This document shows, one piece after another, positions 8,667-17,087 of a DNA stretch of 64,000 nucleotides. How positions within the stretch are numbered: the first letter of the stretch is position 1; every line of letters starts with the position of its first letter. Where the stretch lies: assembly GCA_046262415.1 (NCBI GenBank), contig JBHEMU010000146.1:42913-106912 (forward strand), given 5' to 3'. The notes below the pieces were generated by a model. That model ran no database searches. It was not told the origin of the DNA and saw only the letters and a list, made by a program, of their open reading frames with translations. Source of the stretch: Gaiellaceae bacterium (GTDB lineage Bacteria; Actinomycetota; Thermoleophilia; Gaiellales; Gaiellaceae). The position numbers were made by a program, and so were the translations under genes.

Positions 8667-9811
8667 GGCAGCGGCGCGGTCCGGACGGCCTCGATCACGC
8701 GCGCCTGCTCGTCCGGACCGAGCGTGCCGTAGAGAGGGAGCCGCACGAGGCGGTCGGCGACGTCCTCCGTGACCGGGCACTGGCCCGTCCGGCCGCCGAA
8801 TCGGCGTCCCATGTCCGAGAGGTGGAGCGGCAGGTAGTGGAACACGGCGAGGATCCGCTGCGAGCGGAGGTGGTCGATCAGCGCGGCGCGCGCCGCGGCG
8901 CTCGGAAGCACGACGTGGAAGAGGTGGTAGGCGTGCTCGCAGTGCTCGGGGACGAACGGCAGGACCGCCCCCGACTCGGCGGCCCAGTCCGCCAGGTCGA
9001 CCGCGTAGCGCCGCCAGAGCCGCTCCCGGGCCGCCTGCACCTCGTCTCGGGCCTCCAGCTGCGCCAGCAGGAAGGCGGCCAGCAGGTCCGAGATCACGTA
9101 GCTCGAGCCGATGTCCACCCAGGTGTAGCGGTCGATCTCGCCGCGGAAGAACCGCTTGCGGTTGGTGCCCTTCTCGCGGATCACCTCGGCCCGCTCGACG
9201 TGGGCCGGCTCGTTGACGACGAGCGCGCCTCCCTCGCCGCAGGTGAAGCTCTTCGTCTCGTGGAAGCTCTGGGCGGCGAAGGCGCCGAAGGTGCCGAGAA
9301 ACCTCCCCCGGTAGCGCCCGAAGAGGCCGTGCGCGTTGTCTTCCACGACGGCGACGTCATGGCTCCGGGCCACCTCGAGGATCGCGTCCAGCTCGCACGC
9401 GACGCCGGCGTAGTGCACCGGCACGACGGCCCGGGTCCGCGGCGTCACCAGCTCCTCGAGCTGCGTCTCGTCCAGGTTGAGCGTGTCGCGCCTGACGTCG
9501 GCGAAGACGATGCGGGCGCCTCGGAGCGCGAACGCGTTCGCGGTGGAGACGAAGGTGAAGGCGGGGACGATCACCTCGTCGCCCGGCCCGACGTCGAGCA
9601 GCAGCGCCGCGAGTTCGAGCGCGTGCGTGCACGACGTGGTCAGGAGCACCCGGCCGGCCCCGAGCGATTCCTCGAGCGAAGCCTCGACCCGCCGCGTGAA
9701 CGGCCCGTCGCCGGAGATCTGGCCCTCCGCGAGGGCCTGCTGGACGTAGGCCTGCTCGTTGCCCGCGAGGCCGGCGCGGTTGAACGGGATGTCGAAGTCG
9801 GCGGCTCTCAC
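8663..9811 (-). CDS. wecE: DegT/DnrJ/EryC1-family PLP aminotransferase, WecE-like (dTDP-4-amino-4,6-dideoxyhexose transaminase)
   Basis: Motifs ..NEQAYVQQALAEGQISGDGPF.., ..SFHETKSFTCGEGGALV.. (PLP Lys region), ..FHYLPLHLS... GTG start 9811 overlaps the upstream stop (GTGA). Confidence 0.8.
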   Translation of the reverse strand: MRAADFDIPFNRAGLAGNEQAYVQQALAEGQISGDGPFTRRVEASLEESLGAGRVLLTTSCTHALELAALLLDVGPGDEVIVPAFTFVSTANAFALRGARIVFADVRRDTLNLDETQLEELVTPRTRAVVPVHYAGVACELDAILEVARSHDVAVVEDNAHGLFGRYRGRFLGTFGAFAAQSFHETKSFTCGEGGALVVNEPAHVERAEVIREKGTNRKRFFRGEIDRYTWVDIGSSYVISDLLAAFLLAQLEARDEVQAARERLWRRYAVDLADWAAESGAVLPFVPEHCEHAYHLFHVVLPSAAARAALIDHLRSQRILAVFHYLPLHLSDMGRRFGGRTGQCPVTEDVADRLVRLPLYGTLGPDEQARVIEAVRTAPLP

Positions 9812-10515
9812 CGGTACCACTTGTGGAAGACCAGCCTGAACGCGGTCGTGTGGAACCCGTGGCGCTGGACGTAGCGCTGCGTCCTCACGTTGCGCGCGGC
9901 GACGTCGACCGACACGGTGGCGGCACCGCGGCCCGCGAGCCAGCCGACGGCCTCGACGAGGAGGGCGTCCGCCACCCCGCTCTGCCATCGCTCCTCCTCG
10001 ACCGCGACGATCCCGAGACTCGCGGCGTCGCCGCCGCCGGCGGGCAGCCTGCACGTGATGTAGCCGTCCAGACGCCCGTCCGACTCCGCGACGAGGACGG
10101 CGTCGGCGAAGGTGACCCAGGCGGCGTAGTAGTCCGCGACCCGCTCGCGCGCGAAGCGCTCGTCGAAGACGAAGCGCGAGACGTAGGGCGTGCGCCTCGC
10201 CAGCGCCTCGAGCCCCGGCACGTCGTCGGGACGGTGGCCGCGGACCTCGAGGTCTCCTGTGATCGCCGGGAGCTCGCCCTCGCCGACCCGGTGCGTCAGC
10301 GTCAGCCGCGACTCGACGAGGTCGAAGCCGCCGCGTTCCGCCGTGCGCACCGTCTCCGGCTCGTCCTCGCCGACGAAGTACAGGCAGCCGACCTGCTCCC
10401 GAGCGGCCCAGTCGTCGATCGACCCGAGCCGCTCCGCGTCGAGGCGCTCGCCGCGCACGCGCCCGATCCTCAGACCCCAGAACGCGGTGTCCCAGGGGAG
10501 GAGCTCAGCCGGCAT
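9808..10515 (-). CDS. wecD: GNAT acetyltransferase, WecD-like (dTDP-4-amino-4,6-dideoxyhexose N-acetyltransferase)
   Basis: N-terminal LPWDTAFWGLRIGRV resembles the WecD L-W-x-x-AFFG start. The C-terminal GNAT core ends ..AFRLVFHKWYR, like WecD ..YWLYR. Confidence 0.65.
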   Translation of the reverse strand: MPAELLPWDTAFWGLRIGRVRGERLDAERLGSIDDWAAREQVGCLYFVGEDEPETVRTAERGGFDLVESRLTLTHRVGEGELPAITGDLEVRGHRPDDVPGLEALARRTPYVSRFVFDERFARERVADYYAAWVTFADAVLVAESDGRLDGYITCRLPAGGGDAASLGIVAVEEERWQSGVADALLVEAVGWLAGRGAATVSVDVAARNVRTQRYVQRHGFHTTAFRLVFHKWYR

Positions 10516-11470
10516 GGCGGCCGGCCCGCGCGCCTGCGCCGACCTCCTCCCGCACGGCGTACGTCGGTCGGTCCATCAACCGCACGTGCATGCGCGCGAT
10601 GTACTCGCCGATGACGCCGAGCGCGAGCAGCTGCGCCCCCGAGAAGATCGCGATCGCCGAGGCGAGGAACGGGAAGCCCGGGATCGACGCGAACCCCTCG
10701 AAGATGTACCGGATGACGACGTACGCGAAGATGGCGAAGCCGAACAGGATCGTGGCGAGCCCGATCAGGGTCGCGATCCGCAGGGGCCGGGTCGAGAAGC
10801 CCGTCAGCATCGTCAGCGCCTGCGAGGCGAGCTTGCGGAACGTGTAGGCCGACGTGCCGCCGGCGCGCTCGTCGTGCTCGACCGGGATCGCCTCGAAGCG
10901 CGTCGTCGCCCAGCTCAGGAGCACGTCGAGCGTCACGTAGGGGCCCTGGAAGAAGGCGAAGGTCTCTCGCAGGCCCGTGCGGAACGCCCGGAAGGTGCTC
11001 ACCTTGTCCGCCAGCTCGATGCCGACCGCGCCCCGCAGGGCGAAGCGGGTCAGCCGGGCGGAGACGTTCCGCCAGAGGCCGTGCTGGCGCTGCCTCGGCA
11101 GGCCGTAGACGACGTCGGCGCCGCCGCGCAGGCGCTCGAGCAGCCGCGGGATCTCCTCGGGCGGGTTCTGGAGGTCGTCGTCGAGGGTGACGACGACCTC
11201 GTTCCGCGCCGCGCGCAGCCCCGCGAGCAGCGCGTTGTGCTGGCCGTAGTTGCGGGCCAGGTCGAGGCCGCGGACGCGGTCGTTCTGCGCGCTCAGCTCG
11301 ACGATCCGCTGCCAGGAGCCGTCGCTCGACCCGTCGTTGACGAGGACGAGCTCGTAGTCCGGAGCGGACGCTCCGAGCACCGTCTCGAGCCGGCGGACGA
11401 GCGGCTCCAGCGTCGCCGAGCCGTTGTAGACCGGCACGACGACCGACACGGACTCGGGCGGCGCCGGCAT
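10505..11470 (-). CDS. polyprenyl-phosphate glycosyltransferase (GT2, ArnC/GtrB/DPM1-like)
   Basis: Start MPAPPESVSVVVPVYNGSATLE at 11470. Motifs LVLVNDGSSDGS, TLDDDLQNPPEEIP, and two C-terminal TM helices. This architecture is typical of ArnC/GtrB. Confidence 0.8.
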   Translation of the reverse strand: MPAPPESVSVVVPVYNGSATLEPLVRRLETVLGASAPDYELVLVNDGSSDGSWQRIVELSAQNDRVRGLDLARNYGQHNALLAGLRAARNEVVVTLDDDLQNPPEEIPRLLERLRGGADVVYGLPRQRQHGLWRNVSARLTRFALRGAVGIELADKVSTFRAFRTGLRETFAFFQGPYVTLDVLLSWATTRFEAIPVEHDERAGGTSAYTFRKLASQALTMLTGFSTRPLRIATLIGLATILFGFAIFAYVVIRYIFEGFASIPGFPFLASAIAIFSGAQLLALGVIGEYIARMHVRLMDRPTYAVREEVGAGARAGRHAG

Positions 11471-11555
11471 GGGCCAATCGTATGCCGCCGCGACCCGGCC
11501 CGACGGGCCCGCTCCGGTTTGAGCATGTCCCCGGAAGCGGCTATCGTCCACAGGC

Positions 11556-13493
11556 TTGCTCCGTCGGCTGCCCGTCCTTCTCATCGTCGTTGCCAGCGCG
11601 GCGAGCACGGCTGCGTCCGCGCTCGCCGAGCCGCGGGCCGGTGCCACCGTGTCGCTGGCCGCGGTCGGCCGCACGCAGGTGCCGCAGGGACTGCCCTTCA
11701 CGTTCAGGGCGACGATCTCCGGCACCGCGACGCCGACCGCGGAGGTGGAGTTCGCGCTCGTGCGCGAGTTCGTCGGCGCGGTCTCGGCGGCGAGCGAGCT
11801 CGTCGTCGTCCCGGCGGGCCTGAGCACGGAGCTGGAGCGGAGCCTCACCCCCTCCCAGTGGTTCCCCCAGCTCGGCAAGTTCCAGGTCGTCGCCCACGTC
11901 GGCGGCAGGCCGACCGGGAAGCCGCTCGAGTTCGAGGTCGTCAAGTCGAGGCGCGAGGTGCCGGTGTTCCGCGACGTAACGGCGGCGCTCGGCCTGACGA
12001 CCGACATCGGCCCCGGAACGTGCTCGCGCTTCATCTCCGGCGCCGCGTGGGCGGACGTCAACCGGGACGGGCGCGCCGACCTCTTCACGACCCGCCTGGA
12101 CGCGCCCGCGAAGCTCTACGTCCAGGGGCGGGGCGGAACGTTCACCGAGGAGGCCGGGGCCCGCGGGGTCGCCGGGTACGGCGCGGTCGCGCTCGGAGCC
12201 GTGTTCGCCGACTACGACAACGACGGCGATCCCGACCTCTACGTCACGAACGACGGCCCCAACGTGCTCTACCGCAACGAGGGCGACGGGAGGTTCACGG
12301 ACGTGACCGCCGCGTCCGGGCTCGCGGCCGGCCCCTACATGCACATGAGCGGCTCCTGGGCCGACTACGACAACGACGGGTGGCTCGACCTCTACGTGAC
12401 CACGCACAGCCACTGCGTGCGCGGGGACATCCTGCTCTACGTCCAGGACCCGGACCAGCTCTTCCACAACAACCGCGACGGCACGTTCACCGACGTCTCG
12501 GCCCAGATCGCACCCGACGTGAGCGCGACGCCCGACGTCTTCCCCGGCGCCGGCTTCCAGGCCGCGTGGTTCGACTACGACGCGAACGGGAGGCAGGATC
12601 TCTTCCTCGCCAACGACTACGTGGGCGCGCGGCCGGACCGCAATCGCATGTGGCGGAACGACGGGCCCCGCGGGGACGGGACGTGGGCCTTCACCGACGT
12701 CTCGATCTCGGCCGGCGTCTCCCTGGCGATGAACTCGATGGGCATCGGCGTCGCCGACTACGACCGCGATCTCGACCTCGACCTCGCGGTGACGAACATC
12801 GAGGGCAACAAGCTCCTGCGCAACAACGGCGACGGCACCTTCGGCGACGTCTCCCGCGTCGCGGGGGTCCGCGGCGCCTTCCAGCGCGCCAACCGGCCCT
12901 CGGTCACCTGGGGCGCGCTGTTCGGCGACCTCAACCTCGACGCCTGGGAGGACCTCTACGTCGGCGCGGGATACCTGATCGACCGCGACATCGACGACCT
13001 CGGAAGCGTAGACACCCCCCAGCACAACCAGGTCTTCGTCAACAACGCCGACGGGAGCTTCCTCGACCTCAGCGCCCCCAGCCGTGCCGACGACTCGGGC
13101 CAGTCGCGCGGGATAGCGGCGTCGGACTACGACCGCGACGGCGACCTCGACCTGTACGTCGTCAACCAGGGCGGCACGCCGCGCCTCTACCGCAACGTGA
13201 CGCCGCGCGCGAAGCGGCACTGGCTCGAGGTGAACACGGTCGGGACGCGCTCGAACCGCGACGGCTGCGGCGCGCGGCTCGTGGTCACGCTCAGGAGCGG
13301 CTTCAAGCTCCTGCGGGAGGTCTTCTGCGGCTCCGTCAGCGTCGGCTCGGGCAGCGACAAGGTCGTCCACTTCGGGCTCGGCTCGACCAGGGCGGTGACG
13401 AGGCTCGAGGTGACCTGGCCCTCGGGGCTGAAGCAGACGTTCAGGAACGTCAAGCTCGACCGCCGGCTCACCGTCACGGAACCGAAGGTGTGA
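11556..13493 (+). CDS. secreted FG-GAP/VCBS repeat protein with C-terminal ASPIC/UnbV domain (CRTAC1-like), paralog 1
   Basis: Signal peptide MLRRLPVLLIVVASAASTAASALA. Repeated DYDNDGDPDLYV / DYDRDLDLDLAV Ca-binding-like FG-GAP motifs. C-terminal ..RHWLEVNTVGTRSNRDGCGARLVV... TTG start. Confidence 0.85.
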   Translation: MLRRLPVLLIVVASAASTAASALAEPRAGATVSLAAVGRTQVPQGLPFTFRATISGTATPTAEVEFALVREFVGAVSAASELVVVPAGLSTELERSLTPSQWFPQLGKFQVVAHVGGRPTGKPLEFEVVKSRREVPVFRDVTAALGLTTDIGPGTCSRFISGAAWADVNRDGRADLFTTRLDAPAKLYVQGRGGTFTEEAGARGVAGYGAVALGAVFADYDNDGDPDLYVTNDGPNVLYRNEGDGRFTDVTAASGLAAGPYMHMSGSWADYDNDGWLDLYVTTHSHCVRGDILLYVQDPDQLFHNNRDGTFTDVSAQIAPDVSATPDVFPGAGFQAAWFDYDANGRQDLFLANDYVGARPDRNRMWRNDGPRGDGTWAFTDVSISAGVSLAMNSMGIGVADYDRDLDLDLAVTNIEGNKLLRNNGDGTFGDVSRVAGVRGAFQRANRPSVTWGALFGDLNLDAWEDLYVGAGYLIDRDIDDLGSVDTPQHNQVFVNNADGSFLDLSAPSRADDSGQSRGIAASDYDRDGDLDLYVVNQGGTPRLYRNVTPRAKRHWLEVNTVGTRSNRDGCGARLVVTLRSGFKLLREVFCGSVSVGSGSDKVVHFGLGSTRAVTRLEVTWPSGLKQTFRNVKLDRRLTVTEPKV

Positions 13494-13501
13494 GGAGAGA
13501 G

Positions 13502-15448
13502 ATGCGCCTGCTTCGTACGATCGCGACCACCCTCGCGCTGGGCGCGGTGATCGCGGCGAGCGCATCGGGCGCCCCCACCGGCCCGGACGCCCGGAGCGTG
13601 ACCGCCGTGCTCGCGCCGATGGGCGCGGCGAGCGCGACGCTCGGAGCGCCGTTCAGGTTCCGCGCCACGCTGACGAGCAAGGAGACCTTCACGAAGGCGG
13701 TCGAGTTCCGGATCCGGCATGCGGGCACCGACGTCGCCTTCCTGCGCGAGCTCGTCGTCATCCCCGAGGGCCTGAGCGTCGAGCTCGCCCAGACGGTGAC
13801 ACCGGGCCAGTGGTTCAAGGGCAAGGGTCAGTACGAGGTCGTCGCGGTGGTGGACGGCGCGCCCCTCGGACCGCCGCTCCGCTTCGAGGTGGGGGCCGCC
13901 AGGCGGGCGGTGCCGCTCTTCCGGGACGTGACCGACGCCGCGAAGCTGACCACGAGCCTGCCCGAGCCCAACTGCAAGCGCGTCTCGAGCGGAGCGGCCT
14001 GGGCCGACGTCGACCGTGACGGTCGGCTCGACCTGTTCGTGACGCGGGAGGAGCTGCCGACCCAACTGTACCTCCAGCAGCGGGGCGGCACGTTCGTCGA
14101 GGAGAGCGCGGCGCGGGGCGTCGTCGGCAACGGCCTGAGCGCGAACGGCGCCGTCTTCGCCGACTACGACAACGACGGGGACGCCGACCTCTACGTCGTC
14201 AACGACGGCGCGAACCTCCTCTACCGGAACGACGGGACGGGGCACTTCACCGACGTGACTGCGGCGGCGGGCGTCCAGGGGGGCCTCTTCATGCACGTCA
14301 CGGGCTCCTGGGCCGACTACGACAAGGACGGGTGGCTCGACCTCTACGTGGCGAACCACGGGCACTGCTACCGCACCACCGACCTCCTGCTGTTCGCGAA
14401 CGACCCGGACCAGCTCTTCCACAACAACGGCGACGGGACGTTCACCGACGTGAGCGCGCTCGTGCAGCCGGATCGCAGCCTGACGCCGGAGCTGCTCGAG
14501 GGCGCCGGCTACATCGGCACGTGGTTCGACTACAACTCCGACGGCCGGCCGGACCTCTACGTCGGCAACGACAACGTCGGGTCGCGCTCCGACCGTAACC
14601 GCCTCTACCGAAACGACGGGCGCGGCGCCGACGGGCAGTGGCACTTCACCGACGTCTCGATCGCGTCGGGATCCTCGTTCCTGATGAACTCGATGGGGAT
14701 CGGGGTCGGCGACTACGACCGCGACCTCGACTTCGACCTCGCGATCTCGAACGTCGGCGGCAACAAGCTCCTCCGCAACAACGGCGACGGCTCGTTCAGG
14801 AGCGTCGCCGAGCAGGCGGGCGTCGAGCGGCCGCACCAGCGGGCCGAGCGGTACTCCGTCACCTGGGGCGCGCTCTTCGGCGACTTCAACCTGGACGGCT
14901 GGGAGGACCTCTACGTCGCCGGCGGCTACCTGATCGACTGGGGCATCTCGACGCTGGGCCAGCGCGACACGCCGCAGACGAACCAGCTCTTCCTCAACAA
15001 CTGGGACGGCACCTTCCTCGACGTCAGCGCTCCGAGCGGCAGCGACGATCCGGGCCAGTCCCGGGGCGTCGCGGCCGCCGACTACGACCGCGACGGCGAC
15101 CTCGACCTGTACGTGGTCAACCAGGGCGGGAGCCCGCACCTCTTCCGTAACGACACCCCCAGGGGCAAGCGGCACTGGCTCGAGGTGAACCCGGTCGGCA
15201 CGCGCTCGAACCGCGACGCCTGCGGCACACGCCTCGTGGTGACGCTCCGGAGCGGCGCGAGGCTGCTGCGCGAGGTCTCCTGCGGCTCCACGAGCGTCAG
15301 CTCCGGCAGCGAGAGGGTCGTCCACTATGGTCTGGGAACGGCGCTGGCCGTCAAGCAGCTCGAGGTCACGTGGCCGTCCGGGCTCAAGCAGACGTTCAGG
15401 AAGGTCAAGCTCGACCGGCGGCTGACGCTCACGGAACCCAAGGCCTGA
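13502..15448 (+). CDS. secreted FG-GAP/VCBS repeat protein with C-terminal ASPIC/UnbV domain (CRTAC1-like), paralog 2
   Basis: ATG 13502 preceded by GGAGAGAG. Signal peptide MRLLRTIATTLALGAVIAASASG. Same domain order as paralog 1. It lies in frame inside the artefactual 1752-aa ORF. Confidence 0.85.
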   Translation: MRLLRTIATTLALGAVIAASASGAPTGPDARSVTAVLAPMGAASATLGAPFRFRATLTSKETFTKAVEFRIRHAGTDVAFLRELVVIPEGLSVELAQTVTPGQWFKGKGQYEVVAVVDGAPLGPPLRFEVGAARRAVPLFRDVTDAAKLTTSLPEPNCKRVSSGAAWADVDRDGRLDLFVTREELPTQLYLQQRGGTFVEESAARGVVGNGLSANGAVFADYDNDGDADLYVVNDGANLLYRNDGTGHFTDVTAAAGVQGGLFMHVTGSWADYDKDGWLDLYVANHGHCYRTTDLLLFANDPDQLFHNNGDGTFTDVSALVQPDRSLTPELLEGAGYIGTWFDYNSDGRPDLYVGNDNVGSRSDRNRLYRNDGRGADGQWHFTDVSIASGSSFLMNSMGIGVGDYDRDLDFDLAISNVGGNKLLRNNGDGSFRSVAEQAGVERPHQRAERYSVTWGALFGDFNLDGWEDLYVAGGYLIDWGISTLGQRDTPQTNQLFLNNWDGTFLDVSAPSGSDDPGQSRGVAAADYDRDGDLDLYVVNQGGSPHLFRNDTPRGKRHWLEVNPVGTRSNRDACGTRLVVTLRSGARLLREVSCGSTSVSSGSERVVHYGLGTALAVKQLEVTWPSGLKQTFRKVKLDRRLTLTEPKA

Positions 15449-15461
15449 CGAGGGAGGGAAG

Positions 15462-16967
15462 ATGTCGATGAGGCGCAAGCTACGTGTCCTGCTCCTGGCG
15501 GCGCTGCTCGGCTCGGTGGCGACGCTCGGCGGGACGGCCACGACGGGCTCGGCCTCGAGCACGAGCGCGAACCCGGCGGACTGGAAGCTGTGGCACTTGA
15601 CCGCGGCCAGCCAGTTCCGGCCCAGCGCTCCGCCGGCGGCGGGCTCTCGGACGACGAAGGCCGAGCTCCGCCAGCTCAAGCGGCTGCAGCGGAAGCGCAC
15701 CGCGAAGATCCAGGAGCTCGTCCGGAAGTGGAACGGGACGCCGGCGGCCGCGGTCTGGACCGACGTCGCCCTGCAGATGATCCGCGACTACCGCCCGCGG
15801 CCTCCCTTCAGCGCCCGCATTCTCGCGCTCCTGGAGACCGGCATGTACGACGCGATGGTCGCCGCCGCGGACGCTTCCCGCGTCTACGCGAGGAACCGCC
15901 CCGCCCCGTCCAAGCTCGACCCGAGCATCAAGCCGCTCGTCAAGGGCGCGCACGCCTGCGTACCCCCCGAGGCGGCGATCGCGGGTGCCGCCGAGAAGCT
16001 GCTCGCGTACCTCTTCCCGGCCGAGCCCACGCGCACGTTCACGGCGCTGGCGACGCAGGCGGTCAACTCCCGCCTGTACGCCGGGACGAACTACCGCGGC
16101 GACCTGCAGAGCGCCCGCGCGCTCGGCCAGAAGGTCGCGGCGGTCGTGATCGCCTACGCCAGGGCCGACCGCAGCAACAGCACCGGCTTCTCCGAGGGAC
16201 CCTTTCGCGGCGAGGAGTTCTGGGTGACGTCGCCGCCGTCCTACGAGGGCGCCGTCGGCGGCCCGGTCGGCAAGTGGAAGCCCTGGCTGCTGAAGGAACC
16301 CGGGTCGATGCGACACGTTCTCCCCGGGCCGTCGAAGTACGGGCCCCCACAGTTCATGGCACAGCTCCAGAAAGTGCTCGACACGAGTTTCAAGCTCACG
16401 CCCGAGCAGAAGCAGATCGCCGACTTCTGGGACGACCGCCCCGGCACGAACACGCCGCCGGGGCACTGGGTCGCGATCGCGCTGCAGCTGATCAAGGCCT
16501 ACAAGACGCCGCCCGCGCAGGCGGCCAGGATCCTCGCGCTGCTCGGCACGGTGGAGGCGGACTCGGTGATCGCCGCCTGGGAGGCCAAGTACCACTGGTG
16601 GTCGATCCGGCCGATCACGGCGATCTGGCGCCTCTGCGACGGCGGGGGTAAGCTCTGCACGGAGGCCGAGGTGACCGCCCAGCCCAGCCGGGCGACCTAC
16701 CGGAACAGGTGGTACTCGTACATCACGACGCCGCCCTTCCCCGCCTATCCCAGTGGCCACGCGGCCTTCTCGGGCGGGGGGGCGAGGCTGCTCGGCCACT
16801 TCTACCCCAAGGCGCGCGCCAGCCTGAACGCCCTCGCCGACCAGGCTGCGCTGTCGCGACTGCTCGGCGGCATCCACTTCGAGGAGGACAACCGTGACGG
16901 CCTCCTCCTCGGCCGGGCGGTCGCCGACCTCGCGATTGCGCGGGCCGTGTCCGACGGCTCCGGATAG
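15462..16967 (+). CDS. secreted PAP2-superfamily protein, vanadium-dependent haloperoxidase / acid phosphatase-like
   Basis: Signal peptide. Three PAP2 motifs are present: K-x6-RP (AKYHWWSIRP), PSGH (AYPSGHAAF) and SR-x5-H-x3-D (SRLLGGIHFEED). Strong SD GAGGGAGGGAAG lies upstream. Confidence 0.8.
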   Translation: MSMRRKLRVLLLAALLGSVATLGGTATTGSASSTSANPADWKLWHLTAASQFRPSAPPAAGSRTTKAELRQLKRLQRKRTAKIQELVRKWNGTPAAAVWTDVALQMIRDYRPRPPFSARILALLETGMYDAMVAAADASRVYARNRPAPSKLDPSIKPLVKGAHACVPPEAAIAGAAEKLLAYLFPAEPTRTFTALATQAVNSRLYAGTNYRGDLQSARALGQKVAAVVIAYARADRSNSTGFSEGPFRGEEFWVTSPPSYEGAVGGPVGKWKPWLLKEPGSMRHVLPGPSKYGPPQFMAQLQKVLDTSFKLTPEQKQIADFWDDRPGTNTPPGHWVAIALQLIKAYKTPPAQAARILALLGTVEADSVIAAWEAKYHWWSIRPITAIWRLCDGGGKLCTEAEVTAQPSRATYRNRWYSYITTPPFPAYPSGHAAFSGGGARLLGHFYPKARASLNALADQAALSRLLGGIHFEEDNRDGLLLGRAVADLAIARAVSDGSG

Positions 16968-16986
16968 GCCTGATCGGGCGCCTGCC

Positions 16987-17087
16987 CTAGCAGCGTGGGT
17001 CTCGACCCGGATGCGCGCGTGCGGTCGACTCAGACGGAGCACGGGCAAGCCCGCGCTCCTGGGGTCGGCGTCGCAAGCGACGCCTAG
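16987..17087 (-). repeat. copy A of the CTAG-flanked 97-nt-period hairpin repeat (reverse orientation)
   Basis: CTAG at 16987-16990 and 17084-17087. The reverse complement matches copies B-D with a few substitutions. It fills the gap between the PAP2 gene stop and the GT-C gene start. Confidence 0.85.

Noticed and set aside
10190-15448. 1752-aa ORF on the plus strand, and similarly huge ORFs (4283-7807, 43063-46659, 50675-52840, 34238-37201, 38120-41044)
   Set aside because: These are artefacts of stop-codon scarcity in GC-rich DNA. Their N-terminal parts are Arg/Ala/Pro/Gly-rich antisense or out-of-frame translations of recognisable genes. Only the in-frame C-terminal segments with family motifs and sensible start/stop junctions were kept.
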